Positions 1-8,311 of a stretch of 32,000 bases of DNA are shown here, piece by piece. The stretch comes from Candidatus Electronema halotolerans (GTDB lineage Bacteria > Desulfobacterota > Desulfobulbia > Desulfobulbales > Desulfobulbaceae). Position 1 is the stretch's first letter. Each line of letters begins with the position of its first letter. Below the pieces are notes generated by a model, which was given only the letters and a program-made list of their open reading frames with translations, was not told the DNA's origin and searched no databases. A program made the translations under genes and the position numbers. The stretch lies in contig OW818675.1 in assembly GCA_942493095.1 (NCBI GenBank), positions 1,320,001 to 1,352,000 on the forward strand, read 5' to 3'.

Positions 1-104
1 AAGCCGCCTTTGTCCTGCATGAGAACATACGAAGAGCAACCTGCGGCTGAATCAAGGGCTGGCCGTCTGCCGCCCGGCAAGCCGCGTGTCACAAAGGAGA
101 ATTC

Positions 105-1193
105 ATGAAGACAAACACCCTGCGGAAACCGCTGCTCTGGACAACAGGCATTCTTGCTTTTCTGCTGGTCATGCTTGCCATCAAGATCGCCAATCCAGAA
201 GCGACCTTGTTGGGGTCAATCGGCCTGATCCTTCTGACAGTGCTGCGCAGTCTGCAATGGCTGCTCGCCCTGTCTCTGGGCGTGCTGTTCTGTCTGATCT
301 TTCTTTTTGCAGTCTTTTTTGGCGCAGTTGGATTGGCAAGCAAAAAGGAGGCGGCCCGCATGTACGGAGAGCTGCTCAAGACTGTGGGCGGCTGGTGGCA
401 GCCTGCGCTGAACTGGCTGCCGCAGTGCGACTGCAAGAACCAGCCTCCTGTTGTCAGCTTTGAGCCGGTGCGCCAAGAAGTGCAGACGGATATCAAGGCC
501 ATCCAAGATCAGCTTCATGCCACCAAAGACCTGCTCTCCGCCAAAGTGGAGCGGCTGTCCGAGCGGATTGACACGCTGGAGGAAATGACCGCCAGCATGG
601 CTGACAGCGGCCAAGTTGAGAGCCTGCGGCAGGAGGTCAGCGGGGCGATGGACTCCTTGGCCGGAATCCAGAGCGCGGTGGACGGCATGAAGACCTGCGT
701 GGAGCAGACTGCCGCCCAGTTGAGCGAAGTCACACCGGAGAAAGTGCTCGGCGATCTGCCGGAGCGGCTGCGGACGCTGGAGGAACGGCCCCAGCAGGTG
801 CTCGACATTGCGCCGTTAGAAAAGGACATTGCCGTCATGCAGGAAGAGCTGGCCTCAGTCCGGGAAAAGGCGGACAAGGCGCTGTCCTCTGCCGCCGCAC
901 TGCCAGAGCCAAAAACAGAAGAAGCAGCTTCTGCCGCTCCGGTTCAGCAGGAGGATGAGGAACTGCCTGATCAGGCAGGCACTGGCGAGCATCGGATATT
1001 CAGCTACTTTGATGACCCTGCTGACAAGGTCAAGGTGGCGGAAATGGTTGATGCGGCTTTGGATAAGAACATGAATTACAAGCAGGTGATTGATGCGGTG
1101 GTCAAAGGGCTGGGTCCGAAAAAGGGCAAGATCATCAGCTCGCACCCCTCACTGATCAAAGATTACATCCGCAGCTGCCGCAGCACTGATTGA
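105..1193 (+). CDS. hypothetical membrane-anchored coiled-coil protein
   Basis: ATG at 105 is preceded by AAGGAG (94-99). The first ~90 aa contain three hydrophobic helices, followed by a long acidic, heptad-like region. No family recognised by eye. Confidence 0.6.
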   Translation: MKTNTLRKPLLWTTGILAFLLVMLAIKIANPEATLLGSIGLILLTVLRSLQWLLALSLGVLFCLIFLFAVFFGAVGLASKKEAARMYGELLKTVGGWWQPALNWLPQCDCKNQPPVVSFEPVRQEVQTDIKAIQDQLHATKDLLSAKVERLSERIDTLEEMTASMADSGQVESLRQEVSGAMDSLAGIQSAVDGMKTCVEQTAAQLSEVTPEKVLGDLPERLRTLEERPQQVLDIAPLEKDIAVMQEELASVREKADKALSSAAALPEPKTEEAASAAPVQQEDEELPDQAGTGEHRIFSYFDDPADKVKVAEMVDAALDKNMNYKQVIDAVVKGLGPKKGKIISSHPSLIKDYIRSCRSTD

Positions 1194-1238
1194 TTTTTGT
1201 AAGGGCGAAAGTAACTACTCAGGCATCCGCCAAGCCTC

Positions 1239-2747
1239 TTGACAAAATCAACAGGTAAAGATTATGCTGCCGTTATGAATTTCAGTGTTCCTAGTGAAAA
1301 AGAAGTCCGTGCTGCATACGCAGAAGGCGAAGAAGCGGTCGTCGCCCTGTTTAGCAGTATAACTGCGCAGGTTGAAAACCTCGCCGCTCAGTCAGCCAAG
1401 CAGTCCGAGATATTGAAGGATTTGCAGGCCCGGCTGTCGAAAAACAGTCGGAACAGCGGGAAACCGCCTTCGAGCGATGGATACGGTAAAGCGAAGCGAA
1501 CGGAAAGTCTGAGAGAGTCCGGCAGGAAGCCGAACGGCGGCCAGCCAGGTCATCAAGGGCATACTCTTGAGCGGTCTGCGGCACCGGATTCTACGGAGAG
1601 GTATAAACCCGAGGAATGCGCGGCTTGCAAAATGTCGCTTGCGGATGTCGTCGCTGTCGGAGAGGAGGAACGGCAGGTTTATGATATTCCGGCGATTCGG
1701 ATTGAAGTGACCTCGCATCGAGCGGAAATAAAAATCTGTCCCGGCTGCGGCACGGAAAACAGAGGCAAATTCCCGGAAAACGTCGGACAGGGCATCCGTT
1801 ACGGCACGGGGGTGAAAACTTGGGCGGCATATTTCGCGAACCAGCATCATATTCCGCTTGAACGGGCTGCGCAGATTATCGAAGACCTGACCGGGCATTC
1901 CGTCTCCGAGGGTTCGCTGCTGAAGGCATCGGAAGAGCTTTGCGGATGCGTGCGTCCTTCAACGGAAGCAGTCGAAAAACTGCTCATGAATACCGATGTG
2001 TTACATGCCGATGAAAGCGGAGTCCGCGTGAAAGGGAAGCTGCACTGGCTGCATGTCGCTTCGACGAACTGCCTCACCCATTATTCGGTGCATGAAAAAC
2101 GGGGAAAAGAGGCGATGGACGCAGCGGGAATCCTTGGAAAGTTCACAGGAACAGCGACGCATGATCATTGGAAATCGTACTTCAGCTATGAAAACTGCGG
2201 TCATGCGCTGTGCAATGCGCATCATCTCCGGGAACTCAAGTTCATAGAAAAACAGTATGGACAAGTTTGGGCCGGCGAGATGGCCGAGCTGTTGCTTGAA
2301 ATAAAAGGCGCGGCTGAAAAGCTGAAGCCGGATCGGGACGGCTTCGCGCCGGAGAAGATCGAAGAATTTGAGCGGCGGTATGATGAAATCGTCCGACGGG
2401 GTTTTGCCGACAATCCGTTCACTCCGCCTAAGGAGAAAAAACGAGGACGGGCGAAGAAGACTCCGCCGCTCAATTTGCTGACACGGATGCGTGATTACAG
2501 GGCGGAGACCCTCGCATTCATGTATGATTTCCGGGTTCCGTTCGACAACAACGCGGCGGAAAGAGATGTGCGGATGATCAAGGTCAAGCAGAAGGTTTCC
2601 GGCTGCTTCCGAACACTTGAGGGAGCAGAACGATTCGCCTGTATCCGGGGATATATCTCCACGGTCCGTAAAAATTCAAGAAACATTTTTGAAGCGATCA
2701 AAGATGCTTTCCTTGGAAGTCCTTTTATCCCCGATGCCGCAGTATAA
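1239..2747 (+). CDS. IS66 family transposase (TnpC-type)
   Basis: Motifs characteristic of IS66 transposases: GKPPSSDG, CPGCG zinc-finger, LHADESG, LHWLHV, HDHWKSY, CNAHHLREL, DNNAAERDVRMIKVKQKVSGCFRT. The track start at 1239 is TTG; the first ATG is at 1275. Confidence 0.92.
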   Translation: MTKSTGKDYAAVMNFSVPSEKEVRAAYAEGEEAVVALFSSITAQVENLAAQSAKQSEILKDLQARLSKNSRNSGKPPSSDGYGKAKRTESLRESGRKPNGGQPGHQGHTLERSAAPDSTERYKPEECAACKMSLADVVAVGEEERQVYDIPAIRIEVTSHRAEIKICPGCGTENRGKFPENVGQGIRYGTGVKTWAAYFANQHHIPLERAAQIIEDLTGHSVSEGSLLKASEELCGCVRPSTEAVEKLLMNTDVLHADESGVRVKGKLHWLHVASTNCLTHYSVHEKRGKEAMDAAGILGKFTGTATHDHWKSYFSYENCGHALCNAHHLRELKFIEKQYGQVWAGEMAELLLEIKGAAEKLKPDRDGFAPEKIEEFERRYDEIVRRGFADNPFTPPKEKKRGRAKKTPPLNLLTRMRDYRAETLAFMYDFRVPFDNNAAERDVRMIKVKQKVSGCFRTLEGAERFACIRGYISTVRKNSRNIFEAIKDAFLGSPFIPDAAV

Positions 2748-2756
2748 AAAACGAGT

Positions 2757-2793
2757 AAGGCCGTCTTCAGCACTTCTGAAAACGGCCTTTTTT
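2757..2793 (+). terminator. rho-independent terminator inside IS66 right arm
   Basis: AAGGCCGT (2757-2764) pairs with ACGGCCTT (2782-2789) and is followed by a T-run, 10 nt after the transposase stop. Confidence 0.7.
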
Positions 2794-2843
2794 GTCAGGC
2801 TGAGTAGTTACGGGCGAAAAATTTTTCGCCCTTACAGCAGATG

Positions 2844-4703
2844 TCACATTGCCAGCCGCTCCAATATCCGGTAGTTTCTGCTGACCATCTGCTGCGGGTC
2901 AACGAGCAGCCCGGCTTGAATCATGGCGTTGTCGTAAATCTGCTCGGCCAGATCCTTGGCAAAATCCTGATCTGTGGCCCGGAGATCAGCCACCTTTCTG
3001 ATCAGCGGATTGGCCGGGTTGATCTCCATGTCCTTCTTGTTGGCCATCGTCATCGGATTGTCATTGCCCCGGCCCTGCGAAGCGAGAATCCGCTCCATAG
3101 TCGAGGTCATGTAGCCGTCCGCATTGACAATCATGGCCGGGCTGTCCACCAGCCGGGTCGAGGGCTTGACCTCCTTGACCTTCTCGCCCAGCACCTCCTT
3201 CATCCACTTGCAGAGCGAAGTCTGCACCGCATCGGCAAGCTGCTCCTTGACCTCCTCTTTCTCAGTTGATTCCGGCAGACGCAAGTCGGCCCGGTCAGCA
3301 GAGACCAGCTTCTTCTCGTCAAAGGCCCCGATATGCGAGAGGACAAAATCATCAATCGGCTCCAGCGTGTAGAGAATCTCAATGCCGCGCTTTTTGAACA
3401 TCTCAATGTATGGGCCGCCCTCAATCGAAGCCCGGCTTGGCCCGCTGATGTAGTAAATCTCCTTCTGCCCCTCCTTCATCCGGCTGACATAGTCGGCCAG
3501 CGAGGTCATCTCCCCCGCCTCGGTGGCCGAGGACTCAAAGCGGAGCAGCTTGCTGATCTCCTCCTGATATTCAAAGTCCGTGGTCACGCCTTCCTTGATG
3601 AAAATGCCGAAGGTCTTCCAGAAGGTCGCGTACTGCTCCTTCTCGTTCCGTGCCTCCTCGTCTAAGAATTTGAGGAAACGTTTGGTGATCACCCGGCGGA
3701 TTTTGGCGACAAGGGCGTTGTCCTGAAGCGACTGGCGGGAGATGTTGAGCGGCAGATCTTCGGAATCCACCACGCCTTTGAGGAAGCGCAGCCATTCCGG
3801 CAGGATGCTCTTGCTGTGCTGATCAATCAGGACCCGGCGGCAGTGCAGGTTCACGCCCGGATCCATCCGGCCCAGGCCGATGGATTCAAAATTGTCCTTG
3901 GGCACAAAGAGCAGGGCGTTGATGGCCAGCGGCGTGTCCACCGAGAAATGGAACCGCCACATCGGCTCGTCATAGCCAGCGCCAATGAATTTGTAGAACT
4001 CGGTGTACTCCTCGTCCTTGATCTCGTTCTTGGAGCGCAGCCAGATCGCCTCAACCGTGTTGATTTTCTTGCCCTCCACCTTAACCGGGAAGGGAACAAA
4101 GGCCGAATACTGCTTGATGATCCGCTCAATGGTGAATTTCTGAGCGTATTCTTCGGCATCGTCCTTCAGCTCCATGATGATCTTAGTGCCGCGATGCAGG
4201 CCGTCACAGGGCGTGATGCTGTAGGTGCCGTTGCCGTCGGAGAACCATTCGCTGCCTTGGCTGCCGTCCCAGGAGCGGGTCTGCACCTTGACGGTCTTGG
4301 CTGCCATGAAGGCTGAGTAGAAGCCCACGCCAAACTTGCCGATCAGACTGACATCCTTTTTCGCCGCCTCAGCCAGCTCGTCCAAGAATTTGCCTGAACC
4401 GGAATGGGCAATGGTGCCGAGGTTGGCTTCCAGCTCTTCCGCAGTCATGCCGATGCCAGTGTCGGTGATGGTCAGAATGTGCTTTTTGTCATTGCAGTCA
4501 ATGCTGATTTCCAGCGGCACGTGCCCGTCAAACTCCGGCTTCTCGGTCAACGAAATGTGGCGGAACTTCTCCAGCGCGTCGGCAGCGTTGGAGACCAATT
4601 CGCGGACAAAGATGTCCCGCTCGGTGTAGAGCGAATTGATCACAATATCGAGAACTTTTCTGGTCTCGGCCTGAAATTCCTTAGTCTGAGCCTGGGCGGT
4701 CAT
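2844..4703 (-). CDS. htpG: molecular chaperone HtpG (Hsp90 family)
   Basis: N-terminus MTAQAQTKEFQAETRKVLDIVINSLYTERDIFVRELVSNAADALEK, GxxGxG-type ATP lid (IGKFGVGFYSAFM), and full-length Hsp90 architecture. The track ORF extends to 4814, but the conserved N-terminus begins at the ATG at 4703 (Met38 of the track ORF). Confidence 0.95.
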   Translation of the reverse strand: MTAQAQTKEFQAETRKVLDIVINSLYTERDIFVRELVSNAADALEKFRHISLTEKPEFDGHVPLEISIDCNDKKHILTITDTGIGMTAEELEANLGTIAHSGSGKFLDELAEAAKKDVSLIGKFGVGFYSAFMAAKTVKVQTRSWDGSQGSEWFSDGNGTYSITPCDGLHRGTKIIMELKDDAEEYAQKFTIERIIKQYSAFVPFPVKVEGKKINTVEAIWLRSKNEIKDEEYTEFYKFIGAGYDEPMWRFHFSVDTPLAINALLFVPKDNFESIGLGRMDPGVNLHCRRVLIDQHSKSILPEWLRFLKGVVDSEDLPLNISRQSLQDNALVAKIRRVITKRFLKFLDEEARNEKEQYATFWKTFGIFIKEGVTTDFEYQEEISKLLRFESSATEAGEMTSLADYVSRMKEGQKEIYYISGPSRASIEGGPYIEMFKKRGIEILYTLEPIDDFVLSHIGAFDEKKLVSADRADLRLPESTEKEEVKEQLADAVQTSLCKWMKEVLGEKVKEVKPSTRLVDSPAMIVNADGYMTSTMERILASQGRGNDNPMTMANKKDMEINPANPLIRKVADLRATDQDFAKDLAEQIYDNAMIQAGLLVDPQQMVSRNYRILERLAM

Positions 4704-4908
4704 AATCAGTATCCTTTGGCGATTATCTTTTTTTGGGTTTGCATCTGCTTGCTGACAGGAGACAATTCTGCCCTGCAACAGCCGGAACAGTAAGCACGAT
4801 TGCCCGTCTGTCAAGGCTGGGCCGAGAACCGCTGGCTGCTCTGCAAATGCTGCCCGCGTTGACAGTCCCGAATCAGTTCCGTGGAAAGGGCCTGCGGCAG
4901 GAGGCCAG

Positions 4909-5352
4909 TCAGTGTCCGGCAGTCAGCAGGCCGCTGGCCGCCAAAAGCAGAATCAGGATTTCGGCAATCGACATGAGCAGATAGGCTTTGTCCTTTTTTT
5001 TCCAAAATACCGGCACCATCGCCAGATAACAGAGGATCGAGGCTCCTGAGAGAATTGCGATGGGCAGAAAGTTCAGGAAATCGCCTTTGCTGATCAGCTG
5101 TAGCCAAGTCCAGCCGACCACGGCCTTATCCATCTGGAGAAAATCGCGGTTCACTGCCGCCACATAGTCGGCTGCCGGGAGCGTCCAATAGCGGGCAAGC
5201 TGATCCACCGGCACGACTGGGTCAAGAATGCCGAAGAGATAGAGCAAAAAACTGATCACCAGCAGCACCAGTCCGACCAGCATTCCTTTCTCCAGCCAGG
5301 CAGCATATATCATCTGCTCTTCCGGGGGAGCGGGAAAGTTTTTGGTTGCCAT
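4909..5352 (-). CDS. small integral membrane protein, DUF1634-like (TauE partner)
   Basis: 147 aa with ~4 hydrophobic helices, 11 nt downstream of a TauE/SafE permease on the same strand. This pairing is typical for DUF1634 proteins. The family call rests on context and size only. Confidence 0.6.
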   Translation of the reverse strand: MATKNFPAPPEEQMIYAAWLEKGMLVGLVLLVISFLLYLFGILDPVVPVDQLARYWTLPAADYVAAVNRDFLQMDKAVVGWTWLQLISKGDFLNFLPIAILSGASILCYLAMVPVFWKKKDKAYLLMSIAEILILLLAASGLLTAGH

Positions 5353-5363
5353 TTCCTTCTCCC

Positions 5364-6320
5364 TTACAAGAGGGTTACAGCCATCAGGCCGTCAAAAAGC
5401 GCTTTGCCGCCCGCAAAGGCGAGCACAACTATGACCGTGCGGCGGATGAAGGAGGGCTTGGCCTTTTTCAGTATCCGCACCCCGACAAAGGAGCCGAGCA
5501 TGATGCCGATCAGCGACGGGGCGACCAGCATCGGAATCACAGCCCCGTTATTCAGATAAACCCAGGCCGCAGAGGTGTCAGTGATGGAAAGCAGGAATTT
5601 GCTGGTGGCCACGCTGACCTTGAGCGGCGCGCCCATCATCAGGTTCAGGATGGGCACATTGGCCCAGCCCGCGCCAAGGCCGAACATGCCTGCCATGATG
5701 CCGACAACAATGAAGGTCAGCAGGCTGGGAATGGTGCGGTGAATCTGCCAGTCCACCACGCTCCTGTCTGGCAGCTGGCAGATGCCGCAGATGCCCAGCG
5801 CGGTGGACAGGGCATCTGGCTTGGGCACTTCCGGGAAGGTGGATTTCTTGGCCGTGAGCATGATGCCGACAATGCCGAGGATGGTGATGCCGAGCAGGAT
5901 TTTGATGACAAAGGCGGGCAGGGCCAGGCCAAACATTGCGCCGAGGATGGCGCAGGCTGAAGTGACCAAGGCCACTGGCATGGCGAGCCGGAGGCTGGCA
6001 AGATTGGCTTGGAGCAGACTCGGCCCGGCAGCCAATGATCCAGAGAGGGCGACCAGCAGGCCCGCGCTGCGGACAAAATCAATATGAAAGGGAAAAAAGC
6101 AGCCGATGATCGGCACATAGAGGACTCCGCCGCCAATGCCGCCTGGCACGGCAATGACTCCCATGAGGAACGTGGCGAGCAGCAGCAGCAGCGGCCAGAC
6201 CCACCAGGCTGTGCTGTCCATTGGTTCGGTTGTCAGACACGAGGTGGAAGCCCACACCATGCTTGGAATCAGTGTCAGCAGGGCCGCTGACAGGATAACC
6301 TTCCATTTGCCCGCCTTCAT
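5364..6320 (-). CDS. TauE/SafE family (DUF81) anion/sulfite exporter permease
   Basis: Polytopic membrane protein with two internally repeated halves and G-rich helices (PGGIGGGVLYVPI ... GLGAGWANVPILN) typical of TauE/SafE. The likely start is MKAGKWK at 6320 with GGGAGGAG upstream; the track ORF extends to 6443. Confidence 0.8.
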   Translation of the reverse strand: MKAGKWKVILSAALLTLIPSMVWASTSCLTTEPMDSTAWWVWPLLLLLATFLMGVIAVPGGIGGGVLYVPIIGCFFPFHIDFVRSAGLLVALSGSLAAGPSLLQANLASLRLAMPVALVTSACAILGAMFGLALPAFVIKILLGITILGIVGIMLTAKKSTFPEVPKPDALSTALGICGICQLPDRSVVDWQIHRTIPSLLTFIVVGIMAGMFGLGAGWANVPILNLMMGAPLKVSVATSKFLLSITDTSAAWVYLNNGAVIPMLVAPSLIGIMLGSFVGVRILKKAKPSFIRRTVIVVLAFAGGKALFDGLMAVTLL

Positions 6321-6601
6321 TTTGCTCCTCCCTTTTTTTGCATTGAAACGGTGCTGAAAACACCAGAAAAAAGAAGGCTGAAAACAGCAGAACAGCAGAA
6401 CATGCGCAGGCATGTCAGTCTGCCATCCGTTGCTGCAACGCAATATTCAGCTTCTCATTTAAGAATAGCGGAGGGAACGGCAGAAGTGAAGGTGAAAACA
6501 GAAGACGTGCCGCGCACAATCAGTGGGGCAGGTGGGAATGTCTGGGCCTTCAGGCCCCTTTTCCAGCAGTTGACAAAGATGGAGCCTTGCGCTCCGCCTT
6601 C

Positions 6602-6815
6602 TTATTCTTTGACCACAGTCACGGTTTCCGCCTTGCCCCGCGCCCGGTACTCAGGCCGGTACATAGTCTCAACCTCTGAGGGCGGCAGGGCGTAGCTGCC
6701 TAGTGTGACCGCCAAGCTGGGCCTTTGCCAAGGGCGGGTCGATCTTGTCAAAGCGGGTTAACGGGCATCCTCATGCCGGGCTTGGCCAGCACCCAGTGCG
6801 CGTAAGCCAGCATTA
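6602..6815 (-). pseudogene. decayed, internally deleted remnant of an alpha-2-macroglobulin paralogue (3' end)
   Basis: 6602..6712 aligns by eye (~85-bp core with 6 mismatches) to the last ~110 nt of the intact A2M gene (15569..15680). The minus-strand reading is ...ALPPSEVETMYRPEYRARGKAETVTVVKE* versus ...ALPPSEVEAMYRPEYRARGKAGIVTVDKK*. 6713..6815 aligns with indels to 16603..16728. About 0.9 kb of intervening gene and everything upstream are missing. Confidence 0.75.
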
Positions 6816-6892
6816 CATCTCAAGTCCTTCTTTCTCAATGCTCTTTCTGGCAGAAGCAATTGCCTGTCTTAAAACAGAATACAAGAAACAGT

Positions 6893-8125
6893 TCAATCGT
6901 CTGCTGCATCAGCCAAGGCAAAGGAAATGCAGTCCTCCTGATGCAGGCGGGCGATCAGCTCCAGTCCCTGTTCACCGAACCTGTCCCGCAGCTCGGCCAA
7001 GGTGCTTTGCCCGTCCAAAGCATCCAGCACCGGCTTGGCAGTGAAATCAACTGGCACCGACCAATTATAGCGCATGACCAGATAGCCGAAGGATTCCTCT
7101 CTGAGGCGGAACTCGGCAACAGGCCGCCACGTTGGATCAAGCTGGATTGCTGGCGCATTCTCCTGAATCGGCCCGGTCATCAGCGGATCCTGCCCAAGAC
7201 CCAGTTCCAAGGCGAATGAGCGGTCGCCGCCCCGGCAGCGGGAAACAGCCGGGCATTGCAGGCAGGCCGGAGCAATGTGCTGGCGGTACTGCTGCGCCTG
7301 TTCAGACTGCCAGATTTCCGTGATGGGCTGCTCGAAGATGTTGCCGAACACCGTGCCGGTCAGGTTGTCCGGGCGGACAAGTCCTTGTGGCGAGATGGCG
7401 CAGTGTTCGATTCCGGCATTGGAACCCTCAGTGGAATTGGGGACAAAGCATTTGGGCACACAGTTGCCAATTCGGCAGGCCGTGCCCTCAGTGTGCAGCC
7501 GCTCAATCAGCAGCACCGCCTCCCGGAATTGCTCCACAGCAGGCTGGAGGGGATGCGCACCAGTGAGGAAACGGTTGAACACCGCATACCCGGCCCCCAG
7601 CTCCTGCGAGAGCCGGATAATCTCCTCAATCTGCGGACAGCTCTCTCGCGTCAGCACCGTGTTGGTGAAAACCTCAATGCCTGCCTCGGCAGCGCGCCGG
7701 ATATTGGCGCAGGTCTGGGCAAAGGCATCTGCATTGACCAAGGCGTTATGGGCCGCAGCAGTGCTTCCGTGCAGGCTGATGAGCAGGCCCAGACTGTTTT
7801 TCAAGCTGCGGCAGGTGGTAATGACAGCAGCAGGCACAGGCCAGCGGCCATTGCTGAACAGGACATGCGGAATGCCGAGCGTGTCAATATAGGAAATAAT
7901 TTGATGAAATTTCGGGTGCAGGGTGGGTTCGCCGCCGGTCAGACGGATCAGTTCAGCGTATTTTCTGGGATTTTCCGGCGGGGCGATGCGGTCGAAGAGG
8001 TCGCGCCAGTTGGTCAGGGTCTGCTGACGCTGCTGGCCCCAGACATTGGCGCAGCCTGAGCAGAAGTTGTTGCAGGCGTAGGTGAGTTCAACAGCATAAG
8101 AGAGCGGGGCTGAGGGGAAGAGCAT
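6893..8125 (-). CDS. radical SAM / SPASM-twitch domain peptide maturase with C-terminal PqqD-like (RRE) domain
   Basis: CNNFCSGC (Cx3Cx2C) at aa 18-25 and GGEPTLHP. Cys-rich auxiliary-cluster region CRIGNCVPKCF...CAISPQGLVRPDN...CLQCPAVSRC. The last ~90 aa (FGYLVMRYNWSVPVDFTAKPVLDALDGQSTLAELRDRFGEQGLELIARLHQ) resemble PqqD/RiPP recognition elements. Confidence 0.85.
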   Translation of the reverse strand: MLFPSAPLSYAVELTYACNNFCSGCANVWGQQRQQTLTNWRDLFDRIAPPENPRKYAELIRLTGGEPTLHPKFHQIISYIDTLGIPHVLFSNGRWPVPAAVITTCRSLKNSLGLLISLHGSTAAAHNALVNADAFAQTCANIRRAAEAGIEVFTNTVLTRESCPQIEEIIRLSQELGAGYAVFNRFLTGAHPLQPAVEQFREAVLLIERLHTEGTACRIGNCVPKCFVPNSTEGSNAGIEHCAISPQGLVRPDNLTGTVFGNIFEQPITEIWQSEQAQQYRQHIAPACLQCPAVSRCRGGDRSFALELGLGQDPLMTGPIQENAPAIQLDPTWRPVAEFRLREESFGYLVMRYNWSVPVDFTAKPVLDALDGQSTLAELRDRFGEQGLELIARLHQEDCISFALADAADD

Positions 8126-8128
8126 GAA

Positions 8129-8287
8129 TCAATTGCTGCCCAGCGCATAGAGGCCCTTTTTTCTCTTCTGCGCTTTCAAGACCGAGCGGTCGGCGGTTTT
8201 GCTCAGGACAACACGCACCGGGCAAGGAGCCGTCTGAGCAGCACCGTAATAGTCATGCAGGCAGCTTGCAGGCTTTGTCTTTTTCAT
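8129..8287 (-). CDS. small peptide B (52 aa), candidate RiPP precursor
   Basis: Hand translation: MKKTKPASCLHDYYGAAQTAPCPVRVVLSKTADRSVLKAQKRKKGLYALGSN*. The stop lies 3 nt before the radical SAM ATG. It is paralogous to peptide A (shared MK, YY, V[LV]L[ST], basic tract, [FY]ALGS[HN] end). The shared Ala and Leu codons differ synonymously (gcg/gcc, ctg/ttg). Too short for the ORF track. The SD is weak and distant (GGGAG 16 nt upstream). Confidence 0.5.
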   Translation of the reverse strand: MKKTKPASCLHDYYGAAQTAPCPVRVVLSKTADRSVLKAQKRKKGLYALGSN

Positions 8288-8311
8288 GCGGATCACTTCT
8301 CTGCTCCCGTA

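Larger units (their letters stand above)
1198..2836 (+). mobile_element. IS66-family insertion sequence, single-ORF (ISBst12-like) type
   Basis: Terminal inverted repeats: left TGTAAGGGCGAAAGTAACTACTCAG (1198-1222). The right end (2801-2836) reads, reverse-complemented, TGTAAGGGCGAAA[12-nt insert]GTAACTACTCAG. The ends start with the GTAAG typical of IS66. The element encloses one IS66-type transposase ORF and its terminator. No 8-bp target duplication is visible (flanks TTGATTTT vs GCAGATGT). Confidence 0.85.

Noticed and set aside
4704-4814. N-terminal extensions of track ORFs: htpG to 4814, TauE to 6443, Trypco2-like to 15297, IS630 ORFa to 26275.
   Set aside because: The conserved protein N-termini and good SD sequences sit at internal ATGs (4703, 6320, 15270, 26131). 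The extensions have no homology-like features, and for IS630 the extension crosses the element boundary.
4704-4908. Searched upstream of htpG for a sigma-32 heat-shock promoter (CTTGAAA...CCCCAT) or a sigma-54 -24/-12 element. A TTGACA is present on the minus strand near 4812-4817.
   Set aside because: No acceptable -10 partner (best is TACTGT), no CCCCAT-type box, and the GG...GC spacing is wrong for sigma-54.
6541-6566. Hairpin GGGCC-TTCA-GGCCC followed by CTTTT on the plus strand, resembling a terminator.
   Set aside because: No plus-strand gene ends nearby. On the minus strand, where the A2M remnant lies, there is no U-tract. It is probably incidental or a relic.
6351-6695. Plus-strand ORFs 6351..6695 and 15333..15662 share the ending ...ALPRARYSGRYI.STS.GGRA, suggesting a small conserved gene family.
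   Set aside because: The shared part is just the antisense translation of the duplicated A2M 3' end. Similarity stops where the DNA repeat stops, and there is no SD or start context.
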